Both the position numbers and the translations under genes were made by a program. A stretch of DNA of 64,000 nt from Candidatus Spongiisociaceae bacterium (GTDB taxonomy: Bacteria > Actinomycetota > Acidimicrobiia > Spongiisociales > Spongiisociaceae), in contig CBDCOH010000002.1 of assembly GCA_965219685.1 (NCBI GenBank), forward strand, positions 2,048,001-2,112,000. Reading direction: 5' to 3'. This document shows, one piece after another, positions 19,900 through 30,176 of this stretch (position 1 is its first letter; each line of letters begins with the position of its first letter). The notes under the pieces were generated by a model. It was not told where the DNA came from. It made no database searches and saw only the letters and a program-made list of their open reading frames with translations.

Positions 19900-19999
19900 A
19901 TCGCTTCCATCACTCCCGGATGCTAGCTATCTGCGATCTGCTTCGGCTCGCCCGGCACGCGCGCCCCGGCGCCTCTGCACCGAGCGAGCTTTCGCGACA

Positions 20000-20392
20000 C
20001 TAGTCCCGAGGACCGACAGATCGGATACCGAGCGCTCGGGAAGCCTCCGCCAGACGCTGGTCATAGGTGACGACCGCTTCGAGTTCATCGCCCAACTCCA
20101 GGGCCGCGGCCAGGTGCAGGGCGTCGAGGCTGCGGAGTGTCACGGGCTCGAGCATGGCAGCCCGCTCGCACAGCGCGGTTGACAGTCTCAGCAATGTCAG
20201 GGAGTCGAGCAGTGCTCTCGCCTGGGGCATCTGCTTCGGATCGACCCGTCGGGTTACCCGCAGTAATTCGGTCCTCAGGAGGTCACTGGACACCACCTGG
20301 GCAGCGGTTGCAGCCCACCACGTGCCCATCGCGGTCGACTGCCGCTCGGCAAAGAGGAGCTTCACCGCTGCGGAAGTGTCGAGGTAGAACAC
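20000..20392 (-). CDS. vapC: VapC PIN toxin
   Basis: YLDTSA, LRSLDALHLA, TYDQRL. Confidence 0.92.
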   Translation of the reverse strand: MFYLDTSAAVKLLFAERQSTAMGTWWAATAAQVVSSDLLRTELLRVTRRVDPKQMPQARALLDSLTLLRLSTALCERAAMLEPVTLRSLDALHLAAALELGDELEAVVTYDQRLAEASRALGIRSVGPRD

Positions 20393-20394
20393 GG

Positions 20395-20670
20395 TCAGTA
20401 CCGCTCGGCCTCCCGCATGTCCCCCAATACCTCCGACGCCCCCGGCCGGTCCGGTTGAACCCGAACCGGGCTTGGTAGGTCGCCAGGAGTACGAAGCGGC
20501 GGCCTTGCCAATCCCGAGGCGATCAGAGCCTCGATCCGGCTCGTCTCAAGTGGCACCATGCGGGCAACCGGCCGGCCACGATCCGTAATCGTTACTGGCT
20601 CGCCAGCCGCCACCCTCCTGACCACGGCCGATGCGTTCTGTTTCAGCGCACGTATCCCTAGCTCCACCAT
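20395..20670 (-). CDS. vapB: Phd/YefM-family antitoxin
   Basis: GIRALKQNAS, ITDRGRPVA. Confidence 0.9.
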   Translation of the reverse strand: MVELGIRALKQNASAVVRRVAAGEPVTITDRGRPVARMVPLETSRIEALIASGLARPPLRTPGDLPSPVRVQPDRPGASEVLGDMREAERY

Positions 20671-20689
20671 GTTCTACAATGTAGCACAT
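20669..20689 (-). promoter_or_regulatory. Palindromic TA operator over a leaderless promoter
   Basis: ATGTTCTACA-A-TGTAGCACAT inverted repeat overlapping TACATT -10 and the ATG. Confidence 0.65.
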
Positions 20690-20745
20690 CACGGGCGTCT
20701 GTACGCAGGGCCACGAAGCGATGCGTACGCTCGGACATCGTCCGG

Positions 20746-22272
20746 TCAGTGGAGAGGGCCCGTTACGGCCCCGACCGCCTCTACCAGAGCTTCCTCCTTG
20801 AGGAGTTCCTCGGCTGCCCCGAGCTCCGGTGACAGGATACGATCGGGACCTGGTCCCGGCACGCGGCTTCGCAACAGCTCCACAGCCGCCGCGGTGCCGG
20901 CCGCCGGATCCAGGGGTGCGCGGAGTTCCACGGCCCTTGCGGCGGTGACCCACTCGATTGCCAGGATCCGGCGTAGGTTGTCGATCACCAGGCGGAGTTT
21001 GCGGGCCGCGGACCAGCCCATCGAGACGTGATCCTCCTGCATGGCGGAGGTCGGGTAGGAGTCGACCGAGGCGGGGACGGCCAGTCGACGGTTCTCGGCG
21101 CACATGGCGGCCGCGGTGTACTGGCCGATCATGAGACCGCTGTCGACCCCCGGATCGCCCGCGAGGAAGGGCGGCAGACCGTGCGAGCGGTTGTGATCGA
21201 GGAGGCGGTCGAGGCGTCGCTCGGCGATGGCCCCGACCTCGGCCAGTGCGATCGCCAGGTAGTCGGCCGCCAAGGCGACGGGCGCACCGTGGAAGTTGCC
21301 GCACGATTCGACCCTTCCGTCGGGCAGGACCATCGGGTTGTCGATCGCCGATGCCAGTTCCCGGTCGGCCACGCCCGCCACGAACTCGAGGGTGTCCCGG
21401 GCCGCCCCGTGGACCTGGGGTGTGCACCGGATCGAGTACGCGTCCTGAACCCGCAGGTCGCCTTGGCGGTGGCTGGCGACGATCGGAGAGCCCGCGAGCA
21501 TGGCCCGGAGATTGGAGGCGCTGCGCGCCTGGCCCGGATGGGGCCTCAAAGCCTGAAGGTCGGCCGCGTAGGCCCGGTCGGTGGCGAGGAGCCCCTCGAC
21601 GCTGATGGCCGCCACGATGTCGGCGACTTTGAGCAGGTAGGAGGCGTCATGAACCGCCAGGCACAGCATGCCCAGTATCCCGTCCGTACCGTTGGTCAGG
21701 GCCAGGCCCTCCTTCTCGGCCAGCACCACCGGCTCGATTCCCCTCCTCGCCAGGACCCCGGCAGCCTGCTCCGGGCCTTCGTCGGTGACCACCTCGCCCT
21801 CACCGATGAGGGCCAGGCCTACATGTGCCAGCGGGGCAAGATCGCCGCTGGCGCCCAGCGAGCCATGCTCCGGGACCCGGGGCACGATCCCGGCGTTCAG
21901 GAGACGGATGAGTCCCTCGGCTACCAGCGGCCGGGCTCCGGAGAAGCCGAGCGCCAGGGTACGCGCCCGGAGGAACATCATCGCCCGTACTACTTCGGGC
22001 GCCACGTCCGGACCCATCCCGGCGGCGTGGGAGCGGATCATCGAGCGCTGCAGGTCGGCCCTCCGGTCGGTCGGGATCGTGGTCGTCGCCAGAGCGCCGA
22101 AACCGGTCGTTATCCCGTATGCCGGTGCACCCTCGGAGAGTTGCTCGACGATGGAGCGGGCAGCCCTCATGCGCTCCGTTGCCGCATCGGCGAGCAGCAC
22201 CGTCTCACCGTGGCGGGCAACGCCGACCACATCCGGGATCGTCACTCCCGGACCCTCGAGCAACACGCTCAT
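20746..22272 (-). CDS. hutH: Histidine ammonia-lyase
   Basis: YGITTGFG, RSH, GASGDLAPL (MIO), QDAYSIRC, GNFHG, QEDHVSMG. Confidence 0.96.
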   Translation of the reverse strand: MSVLLEGPGVTIPDVVGVARHGETVLLADAATERMRAARSIVEQLSEGAPAYGITTGFGALATTTIPTDRRADLQRSMIRSHAAGMGPDVAPEVVRAMMFLRARTLALGFSGARPLVAEGLIRLLNAGIVPRVPEHGSLGASGDLAPLAHVGLALIGEGEVVTDEGPEQAAGVLARRGIEPVVLAEKEGLALTNGTDGILGMLCLAVHDASYLLKVADIVAAISVEGLLATDRAYAADLQALRPHPGQARSASNLRAMLAGSPIVASHRQGDLRVQDAYSIRCTPQVHGAARDTLEFVAGVADRELASAIDNPMVLPDGRVESCGNFHGAPVALAADYLAIALAEVGAIAERRLDRLLDHNRSHGLPPFLAGDPGVDSGLMIGQYTAAAMCAENRRLAVPASVDSYPTSAMQEDHVSMGWSAARKLRLVIDNLRRILAIEWVTAARAVELRAPLDPAAGTAAAVELLRSRVPGPGPDRILSPELGAAEELLKEEALVEAVGAVTGPLH

Positions 22273-22982
22273 CCCATCCCCCTCCCGGGGGACAGCGCCT
22301 GGGAGGTCTTGACGGCCGCATCCACCACGGCCTCGGCGCTCACGCGCAGCCGCCTCCCCACCAACCGCTCGGCAGGTCCCAGGACCGAGAACGCCCCCAC
22401 GATTCCCGCCGTCCCGTAGACGGGTGCAACGACCGCGGTCACATCAGGTTCGATGGCCCCCGTGTTGAAGAACGGGCTGGGGGGAGAACCGGGGCTCCCC
22501 GATTCGCTCGTGAGGGCGTCGCCCACTGCGGTACCGGCGATCGGCACCGACCTGCCGACCCATCCGACATGGCGGATGGCGCGGCTGCTCTCCACGGTCG
22601 CGATATAGACCGCCTCGCTCCCGTCCCTGACCGCCAGATAGGCGGACTCTTCGGTCACATCGGCCAGCCACTGGAGAGCCGGTTGGGCCGCCGCGGTGAG
22701 CCGGGCGTACGGGCCTGTATGGAAAGCGGCCAGGGCGAGCCGCACGAAGCTCGGTCCCACCGAGTACCTGCCGAAATCGTCCCGGACCAGGTAACCGCGG
22801 CCGGTCAGGACCCGTAGGTGGCGTAGCGCCGTGCTGACCGGTATCCCCGTGGCGGCAGCCGCGTCGGACAGGCCGATCCCACCCTCGGTCACCACCGTAT
22901 CGAGAAGGCTCAGGACCCTCCCCGCCGAGCGCGAAGCATGAAGCGGCGACCCGGACCCGCCTGCGGATCGAGTACTGCTCAC
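22269..22982 (-). CDS. IclR-family regulator
   Basis: N-terminal HTH; TEESAYLAV, TAVG effector domain. Confidence 0.88.
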   Translation of the reverse strand: MSSTRSAGGSGSPLHASRSAGRVLSLLDTVVTEGGIGLSDAAAATGIPVSTALRHLRVLTGRGYLVRDDFGRYSVGPSFVRLALAAFHTGPYARLTAAAQPALQWLADVTEESAYLAVRDGSEAVYIATVESSRAIRHVGWVGRSVPIAGTAVGDALTSESGSPGSPPSPFFNTGAIEPDVTAVVAPVYGTAGIVGAFSVLGPAERLVGRRLRVSAEAVVDAAVKTSQALSPGRGMG

Positions 22983-23014
22983 AGTGCGTCGATCAGATGT
23001 CTGGTTCGTCTGCG

Positions 23015-23073
23015 TTTCATATTCTGAAAAGCCATTCTAGTTGTTGACAGACTAGAGCCTACTCCACTAATCT
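23015..23073. promoter_or_regulatory. IclR-type operator and hutU promoter
   Basis: TTTCA-N5-TGAAA palindrome at 23015-23029; TTGACA(23044)-N18-TAATCT. Confidence 0.6.
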
Positions 23074-23129
23074 TCAAGCAGTATTTCGCCCCTGCCTATT
23101 TCCATCCGCGTCGATCTGTGAGGTCTCCG

Positions 23130-24821
23130 ATGACCGCTAAGCGCCAAGAGAGTTCAGGTGCACCTCCGGGGGGCGTGCGCGCCCCGGTCGGCACCTCGTT
23201 GACCTGCCTCGGATGGCCACAGGAGGCGGCCTTCCGGATGTTGCAGAACAACCTCGATCGCGAGGTCGCCGAAAGGCCCGACGACCTGGTGGTGTACGGC
23301 GGCACCGGACGGGCCGCCCGGTCGTGGGACGCATACCACGCGATGATCCGGACGCTCACGACACTCGCCCGCGACGAGACGATGCTCGTCCAGTCGGGCA
23401 AACCCGTCGGCGTCCTCCGCACCCATGAGTGGGCGCCGCGGGTGCTGCTCGCCAACTCCAACCTGGTGCCGGACTGGGCCGACTGGGACGAGTTCAGGCG
23501 CCTCGAACACCTCGGCTTGACGATGTACGGACAGATGACAGCCGGCTCATGGATCTACATCGGGACCCAGGGCATCCTGCAGGGCACCTACGAGTGCTTC
23601 GCCGCCATCGCTCGCAAGCGGTTCGGCGGGTCCCTGGCCGGAACCCTCACCGTAACGTCGGGGCTGGGAGGCATGGGCGGCGCCCAGCCCCTGGCGATAA
23701 CCATGAACGACGGGGTCGCCCTGTGCATCGAGGTGGATCCCGACCGGGTTGACCGCCGTCTCGCGACCCGCTACCTCGACGTGGTCGCCGACGACTACGC
23801 GGACGCTATCCGGCGTTGCTCCGAGGCGGTGGCCGCCCGACGGCCCCTGTCGGTGGGTCTGGTCGGCAACGCGGCCGACCTGGTGCCGCGTCTCCTGGAC
23901 GACGGGGTACCCGCCGACATAGTGACCGACCAGACCCCCGCTCACGATCCGCTGAGCTATGTCCCGGACGGCCTGTCCACGGACGAGGCCGACGAGTTGC
24001 GCACCAAGAAGCCCGACGAGTACATCGTCCGCTCCCGAGCCGCCATGGTCGCCCACGTGGAGGCCATGGTCGGGTTCCTGGACGCCGGAGCAGAGGTGTT
24101 CGACTACGGGAACAGCTTGCGGGCCGAAGCCGAACTCGGCGGGTATGACCGGGCCTTCGCCTATCCCGGATTCCTGCCCGCATATATCCGTCCGTTGTTC
24201 TGCGAGGGCAAGGGACCGTTCCGCTGGGTGGCGCTGTCCGGAGATCCCGCCGACATAGCGGCGACCGACCGGGCGGTCCTCGATGAGTTCCCCGACGACG
24301 AAGGGCTCCGGCGTTGGATCACCCTGGCCGGGGAACGGGTCGCCTTCCAGGGTCTTCCCGCCCGGATCTGCTGGCTGGGCTACGGCGAGCGTCACCGGCT
24401 GGGGCTGCGGTTCAACGACATGGTCCGCACCGGGGAACTGAAGGCACCGATCGTGATCGGGCGCGACCATCTCGACTCCGGGTCCGTGGCCTCACCGTAC
24501 CGGGAGACCGAGGACATGGCGGACGGCAGCGACGCCATCGCCGACTGGCCCCTTCTCAACGCAATGGTCAACACCTCCTCCGGGGCATCTTGGGTCAGCA
24601 TCCACCACGGAGGCGGGGTCGGCATCGGCCGGTCCATCCATGCCGGGCAGGTGTGCCTGGCCGACGGAACCGACCTCGGTGCCCAGAAGCTGGAACGCGT
24701 CCTGCTCAACGATCCGGCCACCGGCGTCATCAGGCATGTCGACGCCGGTTACGAACTCGCCGGTCGGGTTGCCGCCGACCGGGGGGTGCGCGTTCCGATG
24801 GCAGAAGTGGACCCCCGTTAG
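23130..24821 (+). CDS. hutU: Urocanate hydratase
   Basis: [44 protein letters not shown]. Confidence 0.97.
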   Translation: MTAKRQESSGAPPGGVRAPVGTSLTCLGWPQEAAFRMLQNNLDREVAERPDDLVVYGGTGRAARSWDAYHAMIRTLTTLARDETMLVQSGKPVGVLRTHEWAPRVLLANSNLVPDWADWDEFRRLEHLGLTMYGQMTAGSWIYIGTQGILQGTYECFAAIARKRFGGSLAGTLTVTSGLGGMGGAQPLAITMNDGVALCIEVDPDRVDRRLATRYLDVVADDYADAIRRCSEAVAARRPLSVGLVGNAADLVPRLLDDGVPADIVTDQTPAHDPLSYVPDGLSTDEADELRTKKPDEYIVRSRAAMVAHVEAMVGFLDAGAEVFDYGNSLRAEAELGGYDRAFAYPGFLPAYIRPLFCEGKGPFRWVALSGDPADIAATDRAVLDEFPDDEGLRRWITLAGERVAFQGLPARICWLGYGERHRLGLRFNDMVRTGELKAPIVIGRDHLDSGSVASPYRETEDMADGSDAIADWPLLNAMVNTSSGASWVSIHHGGGVGIGRSIHAGQVCLADGTDLGAQKLERVLLNDPATGVIRHVDAGYELAGRVAADRGVRVPMAEVDPR

Positions 24822-26362
24822 TGGCCGGGCGGCGCCGCCGGGGCGGGCGCCGCGCCCGCATCGCAGAGCGCGGCCCCTCAAACCCTCAGCGCCCCTTCCG
24901 CCAGCCCCGTCTCCCCTGGCACCCGGTGTCCGCCATCACCGACGACCGGCTCGAAGCCATCCATGAGGCGTCCCTGCGGGTCCTTCGCGACGTCGGCATG
25001 GATATGCTGCACCACGAGGCCAGGACGATCCTCCGCCGGGAAGGCGCAGATGTCGATCCCGACTCTGCCCGGGTGCGGTTCGACCCCGAGATGGTCACCG
25101 AACTCGTCGGCTGCGCGCCCGACGAGTTCACCCTGCATGCTCGCAATCCCTCGCATCACATCCACCTGGGCGGCCGCTCCGTTGCGTTTACGGCGGTGGC
25201 CAGTCCTCCCAACGTCTCCGGCCTGGGCCGAGGCCGGCGCAGCGGTAACCGGGAAGACTTCCGACAACTCGTTCGCCTGAGCCAGCACCTGAACGTCGTC
25301 CACCTGCACGGTGGGTACCCGGTGGAACCCACCGACATCCATCCATCCGTCCGTCACCTCCACGCCACCCTCGACCTACTCACCCTCAGCGACAAGGCCA
25401 TCCATACCTACAGCCTCGGACGGCAGCGGACTCTGGACACCATCGAGATGGCCCGAATAGCCCGCGGGATAAGCCACGAAGACCTGGACACCCAGCCTTC
25501 GATCTACACGATCGTCAACACGTCGTCGCCGCTGCGCCTCGACACCCCCATGATCGAGGGGATCCTCGAACTGTCGGCCCGCAACCAGCCGGTTGTGATA
25601 ACCCCGTTCACGTTGGCGGGTGCGATGGCTCCGGTGACGATCGCCGGGGCCCTCGTACAGCAGAACGCCGAGGCCCTGGCCGGGATCGCGCTAACCCAAG
25701 CCGTGCGCCGCGGGGCACCCGTGGGCTACGGCGGGTTCACCTCCAACGTCGACATGCAGTCCGGCGCGCCCGCCTTCGGCACCCCCGAGTACCTGCAGGC
25801 TGCGCTCATCGGCGGCCAACTGGCACGGCGCTACCGCCTTCCTTACCGGTCGTCGAATGCCAACGCTTCCAACGCCGTGGACCTCCAGGCCACCTACGAG
25901 AGCATGTTCTCGCTCTGGGGCGCGGTGATGGGCGGCGCCAACCTGGTGCTTCATGCGGCGGGATGGCTCGAAGGGGGGCTGCGCGCCTCCTTCGAGAAGA
26001 TGGTTCTCGACGCCGAGATGCTGCAGATGATCTGTGCTGCGCTCGAGCCGCCGGTGGTCGACGAGGGCTCCCTGGCGGTCGACGCGATCGCGGACGTGGG
26101 TCCGGGCGGCCACTTCTTCGGTACCGCCCATACGCAGGCCCGCTACCGGGAAGCCTTCCACACGCCGCTCCTGTCCGACTGGAGCAACTTCGAGACATGG
26201 GCCGAGGCAGGACGGCCCGACCCGGGCCAGCGAACCGTGTCCCTCGCCAGGGAGTTCCTGGACTCCTACCGGCCGCCTCCCATGGACCCCGCCATCCGCG
26301 AGGAACTCGAGGAGTTCGTCGCCCGCCGGGTCGGCGAGGGCGGCATAGCCACCGACTACTGA
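24821..26362 (+). CDS. MttB-superfamily (non-pyrrolysine) methyltransferase
   Basis: NTSSPLRLD, TPFTLAGAMAPVT, SNVDMQSGAPAFGTPE, HAAGWLEGGL, GPGGHFFG. Confidence 0.92.
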   Translation: MAGRRRRGGRRARIAERGPSNPQRPFRQPRLPWHPVSAITDDRLEAIHEASLRVLRDVGMDMLHHEARTILRREGADVDPDSARVRFDPEMVTELVGCAPDEFTLHARNPSHHIHLGGRSVAFTAVASPPNVSGLGRGRRSGNREDFRQLVRLSQHLNVVHLHGGYPVEPTDIHPSVRHLHATLDLLTLSDKAIHTYSLGRQRTLDTIEMARIARGISHEDLDTQPSIYTIVNTSSPLRLDTPMIEGILELSARNQPVVITPFTLAGAMAPVTIAGALVQQNAEALAGIALTQAVRRGAPVGYGGFTSNVDMQSGAPAFGTPEYLQAALIGGQLARRYRLPYRSSNANASNAVDLQATYESMFSLWGAVMGGANLVLHAAGWLEGGLRASFEKMVLDAEMLQMICAALEPPVVDEGSLAVDAIADVGPGGHFFGTAHTQARYREAFHTPLLSDWSNFETWAEAGRPDPGQRTVSLAREFLDSYRPPPMDPAIREELEEFVARRVGEGGIATDY

Positions 26363-26372
26363 GAGGAGTGGA

Positions 26373-27050
26373 GTGAAACCCGTTCGCTACCGTCCCGTCC
26401 GGCTTCGCGTCGACGAGGATCCCGCCGGCCATCCGTGCGCCGATCTCCGCCACTACGAAGCCGATCTAACCGTGCTCAACAACGTGCTCCGGGATCTGCG
26501 AGCACTCCTCCGCCAAGCCGTGACGGCCAGGACGGTTCTCCATCCCTACCAGATGGTGTCCTGGCAGGAGGATGGACTGCAGCGCAGGATCGTCATATGC
26601 GATCCGGCGGCCCTGCTGAAGGACGCGGACGTGTTGATCGTCGGATTCCTCGGGAACAGGCGGTCGACCGAGGAGGCCAAACTGGTTGACGAGTTCGACT
26701 TCGACGTGATCTCCGAGTTCCGGCAGTACCCGGGAATACTCAGCTACAGCTCCACGGAACTGATCCCCAACCAGTGGGCGAACCTGGTGGTCCACCAGGA
26801 GGTATCGGACCGGGAAGCCTGGCGCCACAGTGCGGTCCACATAGAAGCGGCTGAGGAACTGTCCCCCAGGGTCTTCCACAGCGTCCGCATCCACAACGGA
26901 CGGCTGCTCGGAGGTCCGATCAGTGACGCCAGAGTGACAGTCGAGGTCACCAAGTACTGGGATTACGACGCGGATCCGATGTGGCACGCCATCCGGACCC
27001 TCCCGGGAGGCATCACGACCGCCGCGCACCCCCGGTGGGGTCCCCGATGA
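26373..27050 (+). CDS. Hypothetical protein (possible ferredoxin-like/ABM fold)
   Basis: 225 aa, GGAG RBS, ATGA overlap with def; WANLVV..W..S.VH pattern. Confidence 0.7.
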   Translation: MKPVRYRPVRLRVDEDPAGHPCADLRHYEADLTVLNNVLRDLRALLRQAVTARTVLHPYQMVSWQEDGLQRRIVICDPAALLKDADVLIVGFLGNRRSTEEAKLVDEFDFDVISEFRQYPGILSYSSTELIPNQWANLVVHQEVSDREAWRHSAVHIEAAEELSPRVFHSVRIHNGRLLGGPISDARVTVEVTKYWDYDADPMWHAIRTLPGGITTAAHPRWGPR

Positions 27051-27616
27051 CGGTTCGCCCGATACTCTCCGTCGGCAACCCGACGTTGCGGGTGCGGGCA
27101 ACGGAAGTACCACGCGAGGATATTGGGTCCCAGGCCGTCCAGGACCTGATCGACGACCTGATCGACACCATGCGGCATGCCAATGGCTCCGGGATCGCCG
27201 CCAACCAGGTAGGCGAGACCGTCCGGATCATGGTGATGGAGGTGGACCGGAACCCCCGTTACCCCTACAAGCCGCCGATTCCCCTGACGGTGGCCATCAA
27301 TCCCCGGTTCGAACCGCTCGGCGAAGAGACGGTGATCATCAACGAAGGATGCCTCTCGGTCCCGTTGCGGGGGGAGCTGGAGCGCTGGGTCAACCTCCGG
27401 GTCCGCTACACCGACCGGTCCGGGATCGACCACGAGCAGGTGCTTCGCGGTCTCACCGCCGGCACCTGGCAACACGAGTGCGATCACCTGGACGGGACCC
27501 TGGTGGTCGACCGGATCGATTCGACCACGCTGGCGACATGGGACGAGTTCGACGTCCACCACCGCGATGCCTTCGTCGAGCGGATAACCCGCTTCGTCGC
27601 GGAGGTGGGCTCGTGA
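27047..27616 (+). CDS. def: Peptide deformylase homolog
   Basis: GSGIAANQ, EGCLS, QHECDH. Confidence 0.93.
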   Translation: MTVRPILSVGNPTLRVRATEVPREDIGSQAVQDLIDDLIDTMRHANGSGIAANQVGETVRIMVMEVDRNPRYPYKPPIPLTVAINPRFEPLGEETVIINEGCLSVPLRGELERWVNLRVRYTDRSGIDHEQVLRGLTAGTWQHECDHLDGTLVVDRIDSTTLATWDEFDVHHRDAFVERITRFVAEVGS

Positions 27617-28980
27617 CCAGCTGGTACTGGTGCGAGCTGGCGTGGCTCGGCGGTGATCGGGCCACCCGCGGCGTCGTCATCGAGGTCGAAGGCGACCGCA
27701 TGGCCTCGGTCACCTCAGGGCACGTCGCCCCTCCCCCCGATGCCGTCGCGCTGGCGGGACTCACGATCCCGGCCCTGGCCAACGCCCACAGCCACGCGTT
27801 CCACAGGGCGCTGCGGGGCCGTACCCAGGGCGGGAGGGGAACCTTCTGGACGTGGCGCGAGCTCATGTACGGGGTGGCGTCGAACCTGGACCCGGAGAAC
27901 TACTACCGGCTCGCCCGGGCGACCTTCGCCGAGATGGCGCTGGCCGGAGTGGGGGTGGTCGGCGAGTTCCACTACGTCCACCACCGGCCCGGAGGGGATC
28001 CGTACGACGATCCGAACGCCATCGCGATGAGCCTGGCAACCGCCGCCAGGGACGCCGGGATCCGCCTGACCCTGCTCGACACGCTGTACCTGCATGGAGG
28101 GTTCGCCCCCGGCTCCGCAACCGGGTACGCCCCGCCCACCGCCGAGCAGGCCCGCTTCACGGACGGATCCGCCGAGGCCTGGACCCGGCGCGTGGAGAGC
28201 TTGGCGCTGGCGGCGCCGGGTCCTCTCACGAAGGTGGGCGCGGCGGTTCACTCGGTGCGGGCGGCGGACCCGGCGTCGATCTCGGTCGCGGCCGGATGGG
28301 CCGGCCGGAACGGGTTACCGCTCCACGTTCATGTCTCGGAGCAGCCGGCCGAGAACGAAGCCTGCCTGGAGGTCCACGGCCGGACCCCGACCGCGGTGCT
28401 GGCCGGCGCGGGCGCGCTCGGCCCGGATACCACCCTGATCCATGCGACTCACCTCTCCGATGCTGATCTGGCCACGATCGGCGGAGCAGGGGCACTTTGC
28501 TGTATCTGTCCCACCACGGAGCGGGACCTGGCCGACGGCATCTCCCCCACCGGAGAGCTGGTCCGGACCGGGGCGGCCCTGTGCGTGGGATCGGACTCCC
28601 ACGCCGTCATCGACATCCTGGAAGAGGCTCGCGCCGTGGAGCTGGGCCAGCGGGTCCTGACCAACCGGAGGGGGACCCACCCGCCCGGAACGCTCGCCGC
28701 CATCGCCACCGCCAACGGATACCGGTCACTCGGTTGGAAACAGGGAGGCGTCATCCAGCCGGGATCCCTCGCCGATTTCACCAGCGTGGGCCTGGACTCT
28801 GTGCGACTCGCCGGGATCGATACGGACAATGCCTTGGCCGCGGTGATGTTCGCGGCCTCCGGCACCGACGTGCACAGCCTCGTCGTCGGGGGCAGGCCGG
28901 TAGTTGTCGACGGCGCCCATGTCTCGATCGACGTGGCGGGCGAACTCGGCTCGGCGATCGCCAAGGTGGTGACGGCGTGA
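27613..28980 (+). CDS. hutF: Formimidoylglutamate deiminase
   Basis: [41 protein letters not shown]. Confidence 0.94.
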   Translation: MTSWYWCELAWLGGDRATRGVVIEVEGDRMASVTSGHVAPPPDAVALAGLTIPALANAHSHAFHRALRGRTQGGRGTFWTWRELMYGVASNLDPENYYRLARATFAEMALAGVGVVGEFHYVHHRPGGDPYDDPNAIAMSLATAARDAGIRLTLLDTLYLHGGFAPGSATGYAPPTAEQARFTDGSAEAWTRRVESLALAAPGPLTKVGAAVHSVRAADPASISVAAGWAGRNGLPLHVHVSEQPAENEACLEVHGRTPTAVLAGAGALGPDTTLIHATHLSDADLATIGGAGALCCICPTTERDLADGISPTGELVRTGAALCVGSDSHAVIDILEEARAVELGQRVLTNRRGTHPPGTLAAIATANGYRSLGWKQGGVIQPGSLADFTSVGLDSVRLAGIDTDNALAAVMFAASGTDVHSLVVGGRPVVVDGAHVSIDVAGELGSAIAKVVTA

Positions 28981-30176
28981 CGGTGGTGGTCGACAACATC
29001 GGTGAGCTGGTAACCAATTCCCCCGAACTCGGGGCGGGGCCGCTGGGGATCGTCGAGAACGCGTCGGTCGTGATCGCCGGCGGCGTCGTGGTCGCGATCG
29101 AACCCGCGGGGGCGATCGCAGACGAGCGCCTCGACGTGGGGGGTAGGTGCGTCCTGCCCGGCTTCGTGGACTCCCACACCCACCTGGTCTTCGCAGGTGA
29201 CCGGGCGGAGGAGTTCACCCGCCGCATGGCCGGTGAGCACTACGACGGCGGCGGGATCAGAGTGACTACCGAGGCCACCCGTTCAGCAGGTCCGGAAGCC
29301 TTGCGGGCGGGACTGGCCCGGCGCCTCGAGGAAGTCCGGCGCGCCGGCACCACAACCGTGGAGATCAAGTCGGGGTACGGGCTGTCGGTCGAGTCCGAGG
29401 CAGAGACCACCTCCCTGGCGGCCGAGGTGACCGCCGAGACCACCTTCATGGGCGCCCATGTGGTCCCGACCGAGTACCTGGGCAGGACCGACGACTACGT
29501 CGACCTGGTGCGCGGACCGATGCTCGAAGCCGCTCGACCCCACGTTCGCTGGATCGACGCCTTCTGCGAGCAGGGGGCGTTCGACGCCGACCAGTCGAGG
29601 GCGGTGCTCGAGGCAGGTCGTGAAGCAGGCCTGGGTCTACGCCTCCACGCCAACCAGCTCGACCACGGGCCCGGGGTGCAGCTGGGCGTGGAGATGGGTT
29701 GCGCGTCCGTCGACCACTGCACCTACCTGTCCGACGGCGACATCGAGGCCCTGGCAGGGAGCGACACCGTGGCGACCTTCCTGCCCGCGGCGGACTTCTC
29801 CACGCGCCAGCCCTACCCCGACGCCCGCCGCGCCATCGACGCCGGAGTCACCGTGGCGATCGCCTCCAACTGCAATCCGGGATCGAGCTACACCACCTCC
29901 ATCTCGTTCTGCATCGCGCTTGCCGTGCGTGACATGAACATGACCATCGACGAGGCGATCGCCGCCGCGACCACCGGCGGGGCGACGACGCTGCGGAGAA
30001 CCGATGTCGGGCGGCTCGTTCCCGGCGGTCCGGCTCACCTCGCCGTCCTCGACGCGCCGAGCCGGCACCACCTCGCCTACCGGCCGGGTGTGCCGCTGAT
30101 CTGGCGGACACTCGGCTCCGACTACGTACGACCATCCACCGAGCAAAGAACCCGAAGGAGAAAGGCACGCCCATGA
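28977..30176 (+). CDS. hutI: Imidazolonepropionase
   Basis: [37 protein letters not shown]. Confidence 0.95.
   Translation: MTVVVDNIGELVTNSPELGAGPLGIVENASVVIAGGVVVAIEPAGAIADERLDVGGRCVLPGFVDSHTHLVFAGDRAEEFTRRMAGEHYDGGGIRVTTEATRSAGPEALRAGLARRLEEVRRAGTTTVEIKSGYGLSVESEAETTSLAAEVTAETTFMGAHVVPTEYLGRTDDYVDLVRGPMLEAARPHVRWIDAFCEQGAFDADQSRAVLEAGREAGLGLRLHANQLDHGPGVQLGVEMGCASVDHCTYLSDGDIEALAGSDTVATFLPAADFSTRQPYPDARRAIDAGVTVAIASNCNPGSSYTTSISFCIALAVRDMNMTIDEAIAAATTGGATTLRRTDVGRLVPGGPAHLAVLDAPSRHHLAYRPGVPLIWRTLGSDYVRPSTEQRTRRRKARP

Noticed and set aside
20746-22272. Ergothionase
   Set aside because: Intact ASG MIO motif and HAL-type SH residues indicate histidine ammonia-lyase
24821-26362. Pyrrolysine-containing trimethylamine methyltransferase
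   Set aside because: No in-frame TAG in the ORF
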